The translations under genes were made by a program, and so were the position numbers. A DNA stretch of 64,000 nt, from IMG/VR virus record IMGVR_UViG_3300014059_000004; one strand, written 5' to 3'. Under the pieces are notes generated by a model that saw nothing but the letters and a program-made list of their open reading frames with translations, was not told the origin of the DNA and did not search any database. Origin of the DNA: a virus. Every line of letters begins with the position of its first letter. The stretch's first letter is position 1. This document shows positions 35,924 to 47,400 of this stretch, piece by piece.

Positions 35924-36909
35924 TTGCAGCAGCGCTAGAGCAAGCCCGTCGGGTGATACGTTACGGTCGTTCAGGAGCTAAGCGTCTAGCTGAAGAGCTA
36001 GATGAGATCATCATCCATGCTAGGTTGATTAGAGTCAACCAAGAAAAACCTGATGCTAACGTTCAAGGTTCTATAAAGATAGCTTTCAGCACCGCATCTC
36101 ACTATGCTGTGGTTCTAGCCGAGAGAGTGTCAACTAGGGCAAGAAAAGCTTGGGAAGACGTCAAGATAAGCGTTCAGCGATTGAAGTTAGCGATATTTAG
36201 CAGCATGGATTCGAATTCGCTCACTGAAACGGTTTCGTTGGATCTTGAAGAATCGAACGAACTGTCATTTAAGATCAAGATCGAAGGATCATCTCCGTCG
36301 CCTGCTAAAGTTCGATTGGTGTGCGAGAGCGAAGATGTGTCTTACATGTTCAACGGTTATGGTACCGGTGAAGATGGCGTTGTCCAGTTTGTTCTACCCC
36401 AGATGTCTTCAAAGCTAGCTGAGGGAACTTACAACGCTCGAGTGGAAGTTCTGATCGAGAATCGCTATTTCGCGCCAGTGCAGTTTCAGATCGCCTTCAA
36501 GAAAGCATTGAAGGTCATGGCTGAATCGATTCAGGTGAAGAAGAAGCCTTCAACGCAAGAATTCAAGGTGACAGCAACGCCGATTGTCGTGCAGAAAAAA
36601 GAGATATCTGCTGAGAAGCTGACTTTTGAGCAACATCCAGCGCCAAGAACGCCAAGTGTCTCAGAAGACATTTCTTCGGCGAGAGCTAATTCAGCTTCTA
36701 CGCTTCGTGAGCGTTATGCTTCGAAGACATCGCCAGATGCTCTAGCTAGCATCAAGCGCCTCGCCCAGCGCTTCTCAAAGTTAACGCCAAGGATTTTCTT
36801 TGCACGCTCTGCAGCGAAACTCGTCTTCGCTCTTAGATGCACCAACGATAAAGTCCTTGCACCGCGTGCATTGTTCGCCTCGTGGTGCTTCAATTCGGCG
36901 CGCAATTGA
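35830..36909 (+). CDS. hypothetical structural protein; start and 3' end uncertain
   Basis: ORF. The C-terminal 60 aa are low-complexity and overlap an opposite-strand Zn-ribbon ORF. The true start may be at 35860 or 35896. Confidence 0.35.
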   Translation: MGLNRIITRGMGTSRGAASRAGMVTSGFGGLVAAALEQARRVIRYGRSGAKRLAEELDEIIIHARLIRVNQEKPDANVQGSIKIAFSTASHYAVVLAERVSTRARKAWEDVKISVQRLKLAIFSSMDSNSLTETVSLDLEESNELSFKIKIEGSSPSPAKVRLVCESEDVSYMFNGYGTGEDGVVQFVLPQMSSKLAEGTYNARVEVLIENRYFAPVQFQIAFKKALKVMAESIQVKKKPSTQEFKVTATPIVVQKKEISAEKLTFEQHPAPRTPSVSEDISSARANSASTLRERYASKTSPDALASIKRLAQRFSKLTPRIFFARSAAKLVFALRCTNDKVLAPRALFASWCFNSARN

Positions 36910-37170
36910 TGCAACGTGCTGCACCATGACTGCTTGCTCACCAAGCCACTTCTTTGCTAGCTTGAACTTTTTGCAAGTGAGTTCGCTAATCTTAAATGAC
37001 CCTGGGTGGGTCAAATAATTGGGGACGTAACAGAGATACATCGGCGATGAATCGTATTCATCGTATGAGACGTTGATGATCTGGACTTTGATCTGCCTGA
37101 TCGTCTTGTCCCTGTACCCAAAGTTGTCTTCGATGTTCAGAACCAGCTCGTCGCCAACATTGCTAGCCAT
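36781..37170 (-). CDS. hypothetical Zn-ribbon protein on the minus strand
   Basis: C-terminal CTRCKDF...CRACKENPW. Divergent from 37273. Confidence 0.4.
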   Translation of the reverse strand: MASNVGDELVLNIEDNFGYRDKTIRQIKVQIINVSYDEYDSSPMYLCYVPNYLTHPGSFKISELTCKKFKLAKKWLGEQAVMVQHVASIARRIEAPRGEQCTRCKDFIVGASKSEDEFRCRACKENPWR

Positions 37171-37272
37171 AATTTAACTGTACCTCTCTTCAGATAAACG
37201 TTGCATACATGAGTTCAACCGGGTTACGTTCAATACATATTCGTAGTGCTAGATCGAAAAGGAAAGTAAAGA

Positions 37273-38451
37273 ATGTCAACGTTTGTGCAAACAATCAGGC
37301 CAACGCCTTTTGGATTTTTCGATTCTGATGCTAGCTTTCAGACAGAAGCAGACGGCATGGTAACTTTCGTGAAGAGAAAGCTCGGCGATGATGTCTTGTC
37401 TGTCGAGCTGTCGAAGAAAGAGATATGGGCATGCTTTGAAGAAGCATGCTGCGAGTACGCAAGGAAAGTTCACGAGATGAAGATCCAGTCAGAGCTAGCA
37501 AACGTGCTAGGCATGCCGACTGGAAGCTTGAATGACATGACGAACCGTTACTTGCACCAGACTCTTGAGTATCTCATGAGGCAGGCTTCGCCGTATGCTT
37601 CTTACGCTGGCGTTGGAGGTTCGTACGATGCAACGCTGGGTTACTTTGATCTCGAGGCTGGACGTCAGGATTACAACATCTACACTGAACTAAAGGATGC
37701 AGTCTCTGGTAGCGTCATATACACAAACATGACGACGAAGAGTCCAATTCGCATCATTGAAGTTTTTCACATGGAGCCGCTAGCTGCTCAACACTTCTTG
37801 CTTAACGCCAGCAACATCACCAACTTTCTAGCAACGAACTTCAACTACGAGTCTTACGTCAACAGCACCGTGTTCTACGTGCTGCCGATCTTTGAAGACG
37901 TTCTTAGGAGAGGGATGCTTGAAGCAGCGTTCAGAGTGAGAAGGTCAAACTACAGCTATGAGATCATCGGTAGCAAACTTAGAATATTTCCGATTCCTTC
38001 TACGACTCTTCAGCTGGGTAAGTTGTTCGTTAAAGTTCAAGCTGGTGCATCAGATCCGTTGAATGCAACTGCGCTGCAAGGATTGGATCAGACTATCTAC
38101 GGCGTTTCTGGACCACAGAACGTGCCGCTAGGAAACATCCCATTTGCAACGATCACTCAACCAGGACGTCAATGGATCAGGCAGTACACTCTTGCGCTGT
38201 GCAGAGAGTTGCTTGGAATCACCAGATCGAAATTTCAGTCTATTCCGATTCCTAACGCAGACTTGCAGTTGAACGGTGAATCTCTAGTTTCGACAGCAAG
38301 AGAAGACAAAGAGAAGCTTCTAACGCAGCTGAAGGAATTCCTTGATAATCTGACGAATGCTAAGCTCGTCGAGCAGCAAGCAACTCTAGCAGAAAACTTG
38401 CAGAAGCAATTGCGCTTCGTTCCTATGCCGCATGCAATCGTGATTGGATGA
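37273..38451 (+). CDS. putative baseplate/tail structural protein
   Basis: ORF with RBS aaaaggaaagtaaagaATG. Confidence 0.4.
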   Translation: MSTFVQTIRPTPFGFFDSDASFQTEADGMVTFVKRKLGDDVLSVELSKKEIWACFEEACCEYARKVHEMKIQSELANVLGMPTGSLNDMTNRYLHQTLEYLMRQASPYASYAGVGGSYDATLGYFDLEAGRQDYNIYTELKDAVSGSVIYTNMTTKSPIRIIEVFHMEPLAAQHFLLNASNITNFLATNFNYESYVNSTVFYVLPIFEDVLRRGMLEAAFRVRRSNYSYEIIGSKLRIFPIPSTTLQLGKLFVKVQAGASDPLNATALQGLDQTIYGVSGPQNVPLGNIPFATITQPGRQWIRQYTLALCRELLGITRSKFQSIPIPNADLQLNGESLVSTAREDKEKLLTQLKEFLDNLTNAKLVEQQATLAENLQKQLRFVPMPHAIVIG

Positions 38452-38457
38452 TGAAAT

Positions 38458-39132
38458 ATGTCACGATTGTTTATAACTCCAAGAGAACTCAACTTCATCT
38501 CAGATATTACTAAGGAACTCATTAAGGACCTAGTAGGCCAGAAGATCTACTATTACCCGATCTCAGAAGCAAAGACTTTGACAGTGGGAATCTACAACGA
38601 AGCGATCAAGAAAGTTTTTGATAATCCGATAATCATCGATGCTCTCGTTGATGCCCAGTACCAGATCGATACTAAGATCGGAAAGTACGGCGTCGACCAG
38701 CAGTACAAGCTTGAACTGTTCGTTCAATACAGAGACATCGTTGAGAAAGGAATAAACATCCAGATCGGAGATTTCTTTTCTTTCAACGATGTGTTCTACG
38801 AGATAACTGAAGAGCAAGTCATGAGAAACATCTACGGCTTGCCAGAGCACAAAGATGGCGTGAAGATCGTCGGCTTGAAGGCAAGAGAAGAGCAATTCAA
38901 AGCGCTTCTCATGGGTCCAACTGACTTTGCTCGTCCAGAAGATGATGCCGTTCAGAAGACGTTTGAGCAGCAGAGAGGTCAGTCGTTGGATTCTCGTGGA
39001 GAACCTACGGGTGATGTAAGAGATTTGGTGAAAGCTGGAGTTCTTGATCCTCCGCTCACGGGGGCTCGTGAGGTTTCCTCGCGTGGTGACCCAGACGGCG
39101 TCGGATCATCATTCTACGATGAGGATCCATGA
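38458..39132 (+). CDS. putative baseplate structural protein
   Basis: ORF with no recognisable motif. Confidence 0.4.
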   Translation: MSRLFITPRELNFISDITKELIKDLVGQKIYYYPISEAKTLTVGIYNEAIKKVFDNPIIIDALVDAQYQIDTKIGKYGVDQQYKLELFVQYRDIVEKGINIQIGDFFSFNDVFYEITEEQVMRNIYGLPEHKDGVKIVGLKAREEQFKALLMGPTDFARPEDDAVQKTFEQQRGQSLDSRGEPTGDVRDLVKAGVLDPPLTGAREVSSRGDPDGVGSSFYDEDP

Positions 39133-40520
39133 CCAACAGATTTAACGCTAGAGGAGCAGTCAATCACGGTGTAGCACCGCTTCCATCTGGGTACCCAGAA
39201 GGCCCGACTACGTCCATCACCATCCCACCAGTGGGGATTGAAGATGTTGACGTGTCTTTGTTTCAGTTGTTCAACAAAGAATTGCCACTGCTTGTGACAG
39301 AAGGCGAGGGTACTGGTACGAAAAGAGTTCCGATCATCTTTGCTGGCGGCGAGAAGTGGGCACTCATCAAGAAGAACAAGTCAATAAGAGACAAGAACGG
39401 TTCTTTGATCCTACCGATCATAGTGATCGGACGCACTAACATAACGCAATCACCAGTCACTGACATCACCGGTCGGGGAATCAACCAGATGACTGGTGAG
39501 ATCATAGTGAGAAGAAAACTAGATAATTCAGACCGTAGCTACCAAGGTTTGATTAATCGAGTTTTTCTGCGTCACTCGAGTGGGCTTGGTGTGCCAGTTG
39601 CGATGGCCGACAGCGGTCAGCTAGCCACAGAGCGCCGCGTCGGCGAGCTAGGGGATGAAGTTGGTATCGTTGCTGATGGCGGCTTGATGGTACCAGATCG
39701 CACAAACAACATCTACGAGACGCTTGTTGTTCCATCACCGCAGTTTTACACAGCAACGTACGAAGTTGAGATCTGGGCGCAGTACCGTCGGCAGATGAAT
39801 CAGCTGCTTGAGACGTTGATCTCTTCTTTCTTGCCGCAGACACGTGGTTGGAAACTTTCAACACCAGCCGGTTATTGGTTCGTTGCAACGCTAGCAGATG
39901 AAAATTTCACGCCAGACATGAACTTTGATGACATGAGCACCGCGGAAAGGATGATCAAGACGAAGTTTGAGATCAACGTTCCTGCGTACATCTTGGCATC
40001 GTCAGCACCAGGCGTGCCGCTAGCTGTGAAGCGCTACGTTTCAGTCCCAGAAGTTAACTTTAGCGTCGGTCTACCGCTGCCAGAAGCGTCTGTTAGAGAT
40101 GGCGTTGATGATCCATTCTTGGGAGCTGACGATCCGACGTTGCCGTTGTCTGCCGTTAGAAATGGTAGACGTGATCAAAGAGAAACTGGGCGAGGTCGCC
40201 TGTTCATTGCTAGCGAGCAGATTGATCCAAATGATCCAGCTCTTCAAGCATTCTCAAGGGGAAGAAACCCACCTCAGTACAAGAGATACTTGGCTCGTAA
40301 TTCTCGCGGTGAACTTGTTGAAAGGTTCGTTCGAATCACAACTGTTAATTCTAACACTGGTGAAACAGTCTACTCGACGGGCGTAGACATGGGCGACTTG
40401 TCAATAGAAGTGATCGATGGATTAGCACCAATCTCACGCGGTTTTCGTCAAGAACCTTTGATACTTATCGTAGCGATTCCAACCACAGAAGAGAAGATCG
40501 ATGCCAGAGCAAACATTTAA
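39129..40520 (+). CDS. putative tail/baseplate protein immediately upstream of the sheath gene
   Basis: ORF with ATGA overlap upstream and overlap with the sheath gene start. Confidence 0.4.
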   Translation: MTNRFNARGAVNHGVAPLPSGYPEGPTTSITIPPVGIEDVDVSLFQLFNKELPLLVTEGEGTGTKRVPIIFAGGEKWALIKKNKSIRDKNGSLILPIIVIGRTNITQSPVTDITGRGINQMTGEIIVRRKLDNSDRSYQGLINRVFLRHSSGLGVPVAMADSGQLATERRVGELGDEVGIVADGGLMVPDRTNNIYETLVVPSPQFYTATYEVEIWAQYRRQMNQLLETLISSFLPQTRGWKLSTPAGYWFVATLADENFTPDMNFDDMSTAERMIKTKFEINVPAYILASSAPGVPLAVKRYVSVPEVNFSVGLPLPEASVRDGVDDPFLGADDPTLPLSAVRNGRRDQRETGRGRLFIASEQIDPNDPALQAFSRGRNPPQYKRYLARNSRGELVERFVRITTVNSNTGETVYSTGVDMGDLSIEVIDGLAPISRGFRQEPLILIVAIPTTEEKIDARANI

Positions 40521-43515
40521 GTCACCAAATTTTTACGAGCGCGAAATTGATCTTTCAGCTCCGCAGATTGCAGGTCCCGTCGGCGTACCGGCTGGTGTCA
40601 TCGGAACTAGCAACAAGGGACCAGCGTTTGTGCCGGTCACTGTTGGAAATTTTGATGAATTCGTAGCTAGATTTGGTAATCTAGATCCAAAGAGATTTGG
40701 ACCGTATGCTGTCAAAGAATTCTTGCAGCACAAGACTGCTCTAACGTACTTGAGAGTCCTTGGTGCGGGAGCGAACGCATCTTCTTCTGACATTCTTACG
40801 ACTCAAACGACCGGTCGAGTTCTGTCGGCAGGCATGTACTTGAATGGAACGGCAGCGGCTCACGATAACCTTGGTCGTCACAACGGTGCGGTGCAGTTTC
40901 TCGCTGCTCGGCACACGTTGCAGACGAACGAAGCTTACGGAATCCCACTCTTCACGGACAACGATTCTTACACTGGTTCTACTGTTAACTTGATCAGAGG
41001 CATGATCATGACGCCAACCTCTTCGAGGGTCATGGTCCTTGGTGGTGGAACTGCAGCGCCCCTTGGAACGTTCAACGGCTCGAACTCTGATTCGGCGACG
41101 CTGTCTGGCGGTAAGTTCAAGCTGATCATCTCTTCTACGTTGGGAAACACGTTCTGGAATTCAGACAACAACCCTGGTGTGAAGATCTTCACTGCAAGCT
41201 TGAACCCAACTGACGCTGATTACTTTGCGAAGATCCTTAACACAGATCCAGACAAGTTCGTCTCTGAGCAGCACTACTTGTACGCTGATTTCCCAGTTGA
41301 TGATGAGCTAGCAACAGCGACAGTCGTCGGCGTTCTCTCTGGGTCGAATGTCACTTCAGCTAACTCTGGTGACACCACGCTTGCAATGAGAAAAGCCTTC
41401 GGCGCTTTCGACACCAGGTACAAGGCACCATCAACTTCGTACTTCATCTCGCAACCTTTCGGTGCAACTGAGTACGATCTGTTCAAGTTTGAAGCTCTTG
41501 ATGATGGTGAGTATGCAAACACTCTCTACAAGATTGCAATCACCGATCTTAAGGCATCGCTTGATGATTCAAACCCTTACGGTACGTTCACCGTGCAGGT
41601 GAGAGATTGGACAGACACGGACACGAATCCTAAGGTTCTGGAGTCATTCCCTAACTGCTCTTTGAATCCAACCGCTACGAACTACGTTGCGAAGCTAGTT
41701 GGCGATAGAAAAGTTACGTTCAACTTCGATGCAACAATTGACGCCGAGCGCAGGATTGTCACCTTCGGAAAGTACGATAACAAGTCCAAGTACGTCAGAA
41801 TCGTCATGACAGATGCTGTCGAGAGAGCGCTAGTTCCTCAGAAGACGCTTCCGTTCGGATTTCATGGACATCAGCTTCCGAAGACAAACGATCTTCTGAC
41901 TGATACGTCTCCTTCGACAGCAACGTCAAGGTTGGCGGCATCGTTGGGCGTATCTGTTGCATCGTCTCTGTCTGGTTCCTTGCTTCCGCCCGTGCCTTTC
42001 AGAGTGAAAGTTACGAAGGGCGACGCACCTTCTGGCGCAGCTTGGCAAGGTCTACCAGGTTCAACAGAGCTTGTTTTGTCGCAGCTTTACTGGGGCGTTA
42101 AGTTCGAAAGAAACACGAATGCTCTGAACCCAAATCTTGTCAGCGAGAAGAACGCGCTGCTTGCATCTTACACGAAGTTCCTTGGCATCGACAAGCTCGA
42201 TGTTCTTGTAAGCGGATCGGGTGCAGATACGTTCAACAACAACAAGTTCACGCTTGCCAAGGTTGCTTTCTCCAACGCCGCGATCACGCACCTCACTGCA
42301 TCAGTTACTGAGCACATGAAGGAAGCTGCGTACATCAGAAACGGTAAGCTTGATACGTCGAACTACACGATCAACGATTCAGCTATCGGAACGAGAGTTA
42401 CGCTAGCTACGATCCTTGCAAAGGACACGGCAGCGAACTTTAACAAGTTCTCTACGTTCACCAAGTTCGTCACCTTCATGGGTGGCGGCTGGGACGGTGT
42501 CAACATCCTTGATAGGGATGCACGCAGGCTCAACGATAAGGCATCATCGTTCGATGCGGGTGGCGGAGCAGAAGTTGGTTACACCGCACCAGGCCTTGGA
42601 TTCAATCCAAGCGGTACTGATCAGCTTAACTCGACTGTTGCGTCTTACAAGACTGCAGTTGATATCATGACTGATCCAATGACTGTCAACACTAACATCC
42701 TCACGATCCCTGGTATCAGAGAGACGTTTGTGTCTGATTACGCTATGAAGAAGGTGCGTGACTACGGTCTAGCATACTACGTCATGGACATTCCTTCGTA
42801 CGATGATGCATCAGCTCGCCTGTACGATGATTCAACAGCGCGCCCATCTGTTGACAAGACGGCGGAGCAAGTTGACACAAGAGCGATTGATAACAACTAC
42901 GCTGGAACGTACTACCCAGACGTATACATTGATGATGCTACGAACAAGCGTAGGGTCAAGGTGCCGGCGTCTGTTGCAGCGATGGGTGCTTTGGCATTCA
43001 ACGACAGGGTTGCATATCCTTGGTTCGCACCAGCAGGTTTCAACAGAGCGTCTCTTGACTTTGTCAGCAATGTTGCTGTCAGATTGAACGTCTCTGACAG
43101 AGATAGGCTTGATGCTTCTAGGATCAACCCGATCGCAACTTTCCCAAGGTTGGGCTTTGTGATCTACGGTCAGAAGACGCTGCAGATCAACAAGTCTGCT
43201 CTTGACAGAGTCAACGTCAGGCGTCTCCTCCTAGAAGTCAAGAGAATCATCATTGACATCGCGCAGCGTGGCGTGTTTGAGAACAACACGCCAGAAGTTA
43301 GAAACAAGTTCGTTGCAGATGCAACGTTGCAGCTCGGACTCATCCAGGCGCAAGCTGGTGTTGAGCAGTTCCAAGTTGTGATGAACGAAACGAACAACAC
43401 GCAGGAAGACGTCGATCTTAACCGCCTCAACGGAAAGATCATGATTGTTCCAACACGCACAATCGAGTATATCGCGATCGATTTTGTGATCACGAACAGC
43501 GGAGTAGTTTTTTAA
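40501..43515 (+). CDS. tail sheath protein, copy 1 (gp18-like, 1004 aa)
   Basis: N-terminal SPNFYEREIDLSAP...PAGVIGTSNKGPAFVPVTVG resembles the gp18 N-terminal pattern. The conserved C-terminal block ALDRVNVRRLL...PTRTIEYIAIDFVITN is paralogous to the 44443 gene. Confidence 0.8.
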   Translation: MPEQTFKSPNFYEREIDLSAPQIAGPVGVPAGVIGTSNKGPAFVPVTVGNFDEFVARFGNLDPKRFGPYAVKEFLQHKTALTYLRVLGAGANASSSDILTTQTTGRVLSAGMYLNGTAAAHDNLGRHNGAVQFLAARHTLQTNEAYGIPLFTDNDSYTGSTVNLIRGMIMTPTSSRVMVLGGGTAAPLGTFNGSNSDSATLSGGKFKLIISSTLGNTFWNSDNNPGVKIFTASLNPTDADYFAKILNTDPDKFVSEQHYLYADFPVDDELATATVVGVLSGSNVTSANSGDTTLAMRKAFGAFDTRYKAPSTSYFISQPFGATEYDLFKFEALDDGEYANTLYKIAITDLKASLDDSNPYGTFTVQVRDWTDTDTNPKVLESFPNCSLNPTATNYVAKLVGDRKVTFNFDATIDAERRIVTFGKYDNKSKYVRIVMTDAVERALVPQKTLPFGFHGHQLPKTNDLLTDTSPSTATSRLAASLGVSVASSLSGSLLPPVPFRVKVTKGDAPSGAAWQGLPGSTELVLSQLYWGVKFERNTNALNPNLVSEKNALLASYTKFLGIDKLDVLVSGSGADTFNNNKFTLAKVAFSNAAITHLTASVTEHMKEAAYIRNGKLDTSNYTINDSAIGTRVTLATILAKDTAANFNKFSTFTKFVTFMGGGWDGVNILDRDARRLNDKASSFDAGGGAEVGYTAPGLGFNPSGTDQLNSTVASYKTAVDIMTDPMTVNTNILTIPGIRETFVSDYAMKKVRDYGLAYYVMDIPSYDDASARLYDDSTARPSVDKTAEQVDTRAIDNNYAGTYYPDVYIDDATNKRRVKVPASVAAMGALAFNDRVAYPWFAPAGFNRASLDFVSNVAVRLNVSDRDRLDASRINPIATFPRLGFVIYGQKTLQINKSALDRVNVRRLLLEVKRIIIDIAQRGVFENNTPEVRNKFVADATLQLGLIQAQAGVEQFQVVMNETNNTQEDVDLNRLNGKIMIVPTRTIEYIAIDFVITNSGVVF

Positions 43516-43552
43516 TTCCGCAATTAAGTTTAGTTGATGTATACGTATTAAC

Positions 43553-44338
43553 ATGAAAATGTGGTACGTATACGAAGACTGGACGACGGAAGATAATCCC
43601 AGATGTTATTACGTTGGTAAGGGTGATGATGATCGTATTATGAAAGTTAAACGAAATCAACATCATACCAACGTAGTTTCTTTGTACGGATTTGATCGTC
43701 GTATTGTGCTTACAACGTCTTCAGAAATAGAAGCTCTAGAGCTGGAACGAAAGTTGATTGTTGAACGTCAGACTTATTCTAAAGCGATTGACTACAATGG
43801 TATTGGTTGTAATCTTACTCTTGGTGGACAAGGAAATTCAGGTCGAATAGTGACTGAAGAAACCTGCAGAAAAATTTCTGATGCTAAACGCGGGAAAAAA
43901 TCAACCAAAATTTGGTCAGATGCAGAACGTACTGCGACTTCTATTAGAATGAGCAATCTTCATAAAGGTAAACGCATTAGTGAAGAACACAAAAGTATTC
44001 TTAAAGCGAGAATGTCAGATCCAGAAATTAAGCAAGATATGATTGACAAAGTCAGTGCGTCACTCAAGAAAAAGTATGAATTTGATTTGAGTTTTCGACA
44101 GCGAATTGTTGAAACACGCGCTCGCGGTGAAAATAATCCTAACACTCCATTTACTGAAGACGATGTTAGAAAAATGAGAGATGAATGGAGACAAGTTGAC
44201 AAAGTTACAAAGGGTAATAGATGGTCAGGAATTTCTCCTTCATCGAAATTTTGTAATTGCTGGGCTGAGCGTTTTGGAGTTACTACTCAAGCAATAATTG
44301 CTATTGTTACAGAGAAAACATGGAAACATCTGCTATGA
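43553..44338 (+). CDS. GIY-YIG homing endonuclease with NUMOD3-like repeats
   Basis: MWYVYED...CYYVGKG...R...E. GRIVTEETCRKISDAKRG and KGKRISEEHKSILKARMSD are NUMOD3-like. AT-rich relative to the flanks. Confidence 0.7.
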   Translation: MKMWYVYEDWTTEDNPRCYYVGKGDDDRIMKVKRNQHHTNVVSLYGFDRRIVLTTSSEIEALELERKLIVERQTYSKAIDYNGIGCNLTLGGQGNSGRIVTEETCRKISDAKRGKKSTKIWSDAERTATSIRMSNLHKGKRISEEHKSILKARMSDPEIKQDMIDKVSASLKKKYEFDLSFRQRIVETRARGENNPNTPFTEDDVRKMRDEWRQVDKVTKGNRWSGISPSSKFCNCWAERFGVTTQAIIAIVTEKTWKHLL

Positions 44339-44389
44339 CAATTAGAGTCAATTTTCGGCTGATGGTGAAATTACGAGTTCAACAACAAT

Positions 44390-44414
44390 CTTTCCGCACG
44401 TAGTGTGCGGAAAG
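44390..44414 (+). terminator. hairpin (terminator or processing site) directly upstream of sheath copy 2
   Basis: 10-bp stem CTTTCCGCAC-gtagt-GTGCGGAAAG. Confidence 0.4.
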
Positions 44415-44442
44415 ATTGATACTTACACTGCAGAGGCATAGG

Positions 44443-47400
44443 ATGTCACAGATAAAGTTTGGAAGTGCTGGAGTTTCAGCAAAAGAAATTGACCTATCAG
44501 GTCCAGTTGTTCAGCAACCTGTCGGCATCCCAGCCGGCGTCATCGGAACTGCAACAAAGGGTCCGGCATTCGTGCCAGTCACCGTTGGTTCTATCGATGA
44601 CTTCTACCTAAAGTTCGGCAAGACAGACGGAAAAAAGTTCGGTCCGCTTGCTGTTACTGAGTGGCTAAGAAACGCCGGAGCTTTGACGTACGTTCGAGTT
44701 CTTGGTGTAGGTGACGGCAAGCAAAGAGTTGCTGATGGAACGACTGCTGGCTCTGTCACAAACGCAGGTTTCACAGTCGGTAGCTTGCAACCACGATCAT
44801 CTGATGGTGCTCTAGCTGGAAACAATTACGCAAACTCTGGAACGCTTGGTTCACCGCTTGGAAGAACGTATTTCCTCGGCGCCTTCATGTCAGAGTCTGC
44901 TGGTTCAACAGCGTTCTCTGATGCAGGCCTGCAGGGCGCAGGTTCTGTAACACCTGGCATCACAAGCTCAGTTCCAGTCCTCAGAGGTGTGCTTATGGCA
45001 CCTTCTGGCGTCATCCTTCGCCTCTCATCGTCTGCTGAAGGAACGAACTCAGCACCTTCTTCCACGCTTGTTGCTACAGATGCTACTGCAAACGGCAGCA
45101 TGATCGGTGCAGTTGTTTTGACAGATGGATCAGTTTCGAAGCAAGACTTTGTCATGCTTCTCAATGGTCACAAGGGAACAGATCCTCTGTACCCGAATGT
45201 GATCACTGCATCCTTCGATCTTACTTCGCCAAATTACTTTGCAAACGTTCTGAACACTGATCCTTACAAGATGCAGCAAGCAGGTCACTACCTGTACGCA
45301 TCTTGGGACATCCACCCAGCAGTGGCTGCAGTCACTGGTTCTGGCCTAGTGTACCCAGTCAGCGGTGCTGCAGGTTCTCAAGTCGCTAAGTCTGGACAAG
45401 AATCATCAGCATTCTTGACAACTGGCTCACTTGGAAGAAACCTTGGTTCTTCGACTGTGCCAAACTACGAGTCATTCTCTGATAGATTCTCACACGCTAA
45501 GTCACCTTGGGTTATCTCTCAGAAGTTCGGTGGTTCTGCGGCTAACCTGTTCAGATTGCATGCTCTAGACGCCGGCGCTGGAGTTTCTACTCTCTACAAG
45601 GTGTCTATCGAGAACATCACTCCTTCGTCTGACTCGCAGAATCGTTACGGTACCTTCGATCTTGTCTTGAGAGATTGGTCTGATAGAGACGGTAACTTGA
45701 TTCCTCTCGAGCAGTTCAGAGGTTTGTCGCTCGATCCAAGCTCTGATCGTTACATTGCTAAGATCATCGGTGACGCTCACGTGTTCTACGACTTTGATCG
45801 TTCAGAACCGGCACAGAAGTTGGTTGTCGATGGAAACTACACAGCTAACTCTAACCTCGTAAGAGTTGAAGTTGATCCTGGTGTTGAGAACCAGACCGTC
45901 GATCCAACCGCTCTTCCGATGGGTTTCAGGGGCATTGAGCACCTGGTCACGTCCGGATCTGCTCCGATGACGTCAATTGCAGGAACGCAGCTGAGCGCGG
46001 CAACTTACCTGAAGAGAGTGGTCACTCCACCTCTTCCAATGAGAACAAACATCACCGCTGGCAGCGGTAACAAGGTTCAAGTGAACCCGCTTCTTTACTG
46101 GGGCGCTCAGTTTGAGCATGTCACCAGCTTGTCAACGCCAAATGCATCGACGTACAAGAACGATTCGATGAAGGCTTTTGCCAAGTACTTCCCTAACTTC
46201 TCCACTGTGAACCAGAACTTCTCAGTTGGTGATAACACGGGAGACGTCGACACAGACACGTGGGGCATCATCGACGCAGATAGGTTCTGCAACAACATGT
46301 TCACGCTGGAAAATATCCAAGTTGTGACTGGTTCGACCACGTACGCTGATTCTGCTCAGTGGGCATCTGCTCAGTACGTCAGGAACGGAAACATCACTGC
46401 TTCTGATTCTGCGAAGACTCGTAGATTCTCTGTCAATGACTTGATTCAGGCAAACAGAAGGTACGCAAAGTTCTCCTTCTTGATGCAAGGTGGTTTCGAT
46501 GGCGTCAATCTGTTTGACAGAGACTCTGTTGAGATCAACAACGCCGCAGTCACCGCAGACATGAACTCCACGACAAGAAATCGTGATCAAGGTGCAAACG
46601 TAAGATCTTACGCAAAAGCACTCGAGATCATGAAGAACGTCGTTAGCGTCGATGTTCAGCTGCTGGCAATACCAGGCATCAGGCATGCAATCGTAACAGA
46701 TGCTGCTGCTGATGCAGTCAGAGAGAGATTCGACGCTCTTTACATCATGGACATCGAGCAGTTCGACAACACGGGCGTTGAAGTTACATCTGACAGCCAG
46801 ATGCCTTCTGTCACGTCGACGGCTTCATCGTTCAGCTCTAGGGCAGTTGACAACAGCTTTGCAGCTGCATACTTCCCAGACGTTGTGATGCCAGATCCTA
46901 ACACGAAGACTAACCTCGTGGTTCCTCCTTCTGTTGCAGTCCTGGGCGCTCTAGCGTTGAATGACGCTGTGGGTCACCCATGGTTCGCACCAGCAGGCTT
47001 CACCAGAGGCGCTCTGTCGACGACGCTGGAAGCAAGAGTTCAGCTGTCCAAGACGAACATGGATGCTCTGTACGATGTCAACATCAACCCAATCGTTGCA
47101 TTCCCAGGAAATGCATCTGGTGGAACTAGCCCGAAGGGTGGAGTTGTCGTGTGGGGTCAGAAGACGCTTCAGGCTGCTGCATCTGCTCTTGACAGAGTCA
47201 ACGTAAGACGACTCCTGATCGAGATCAGAAGGCAAGTCAGAGACATCTCTAGGACGATCATCTTCGAGCCAAACAGAGCAGCAACGCTCGCAAGGTTCTC
47301 TTCAGCCGTCACGCCACGTCTGCAGAGAATCCAGGCACTGTCTGGTCTTGAGAGGTTCAGGGTCATCATTGATTCTTCAACCACGACGCAAGCAGACATC

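Noticed and set aside
43516-43552. Short AT-rich gap upstream of the GIY-YIG gene as a possible promoter
   Set aside because: It is too short and lacks a convincing -35/-10 pair. The gene is more likely read through from the sheath gene.
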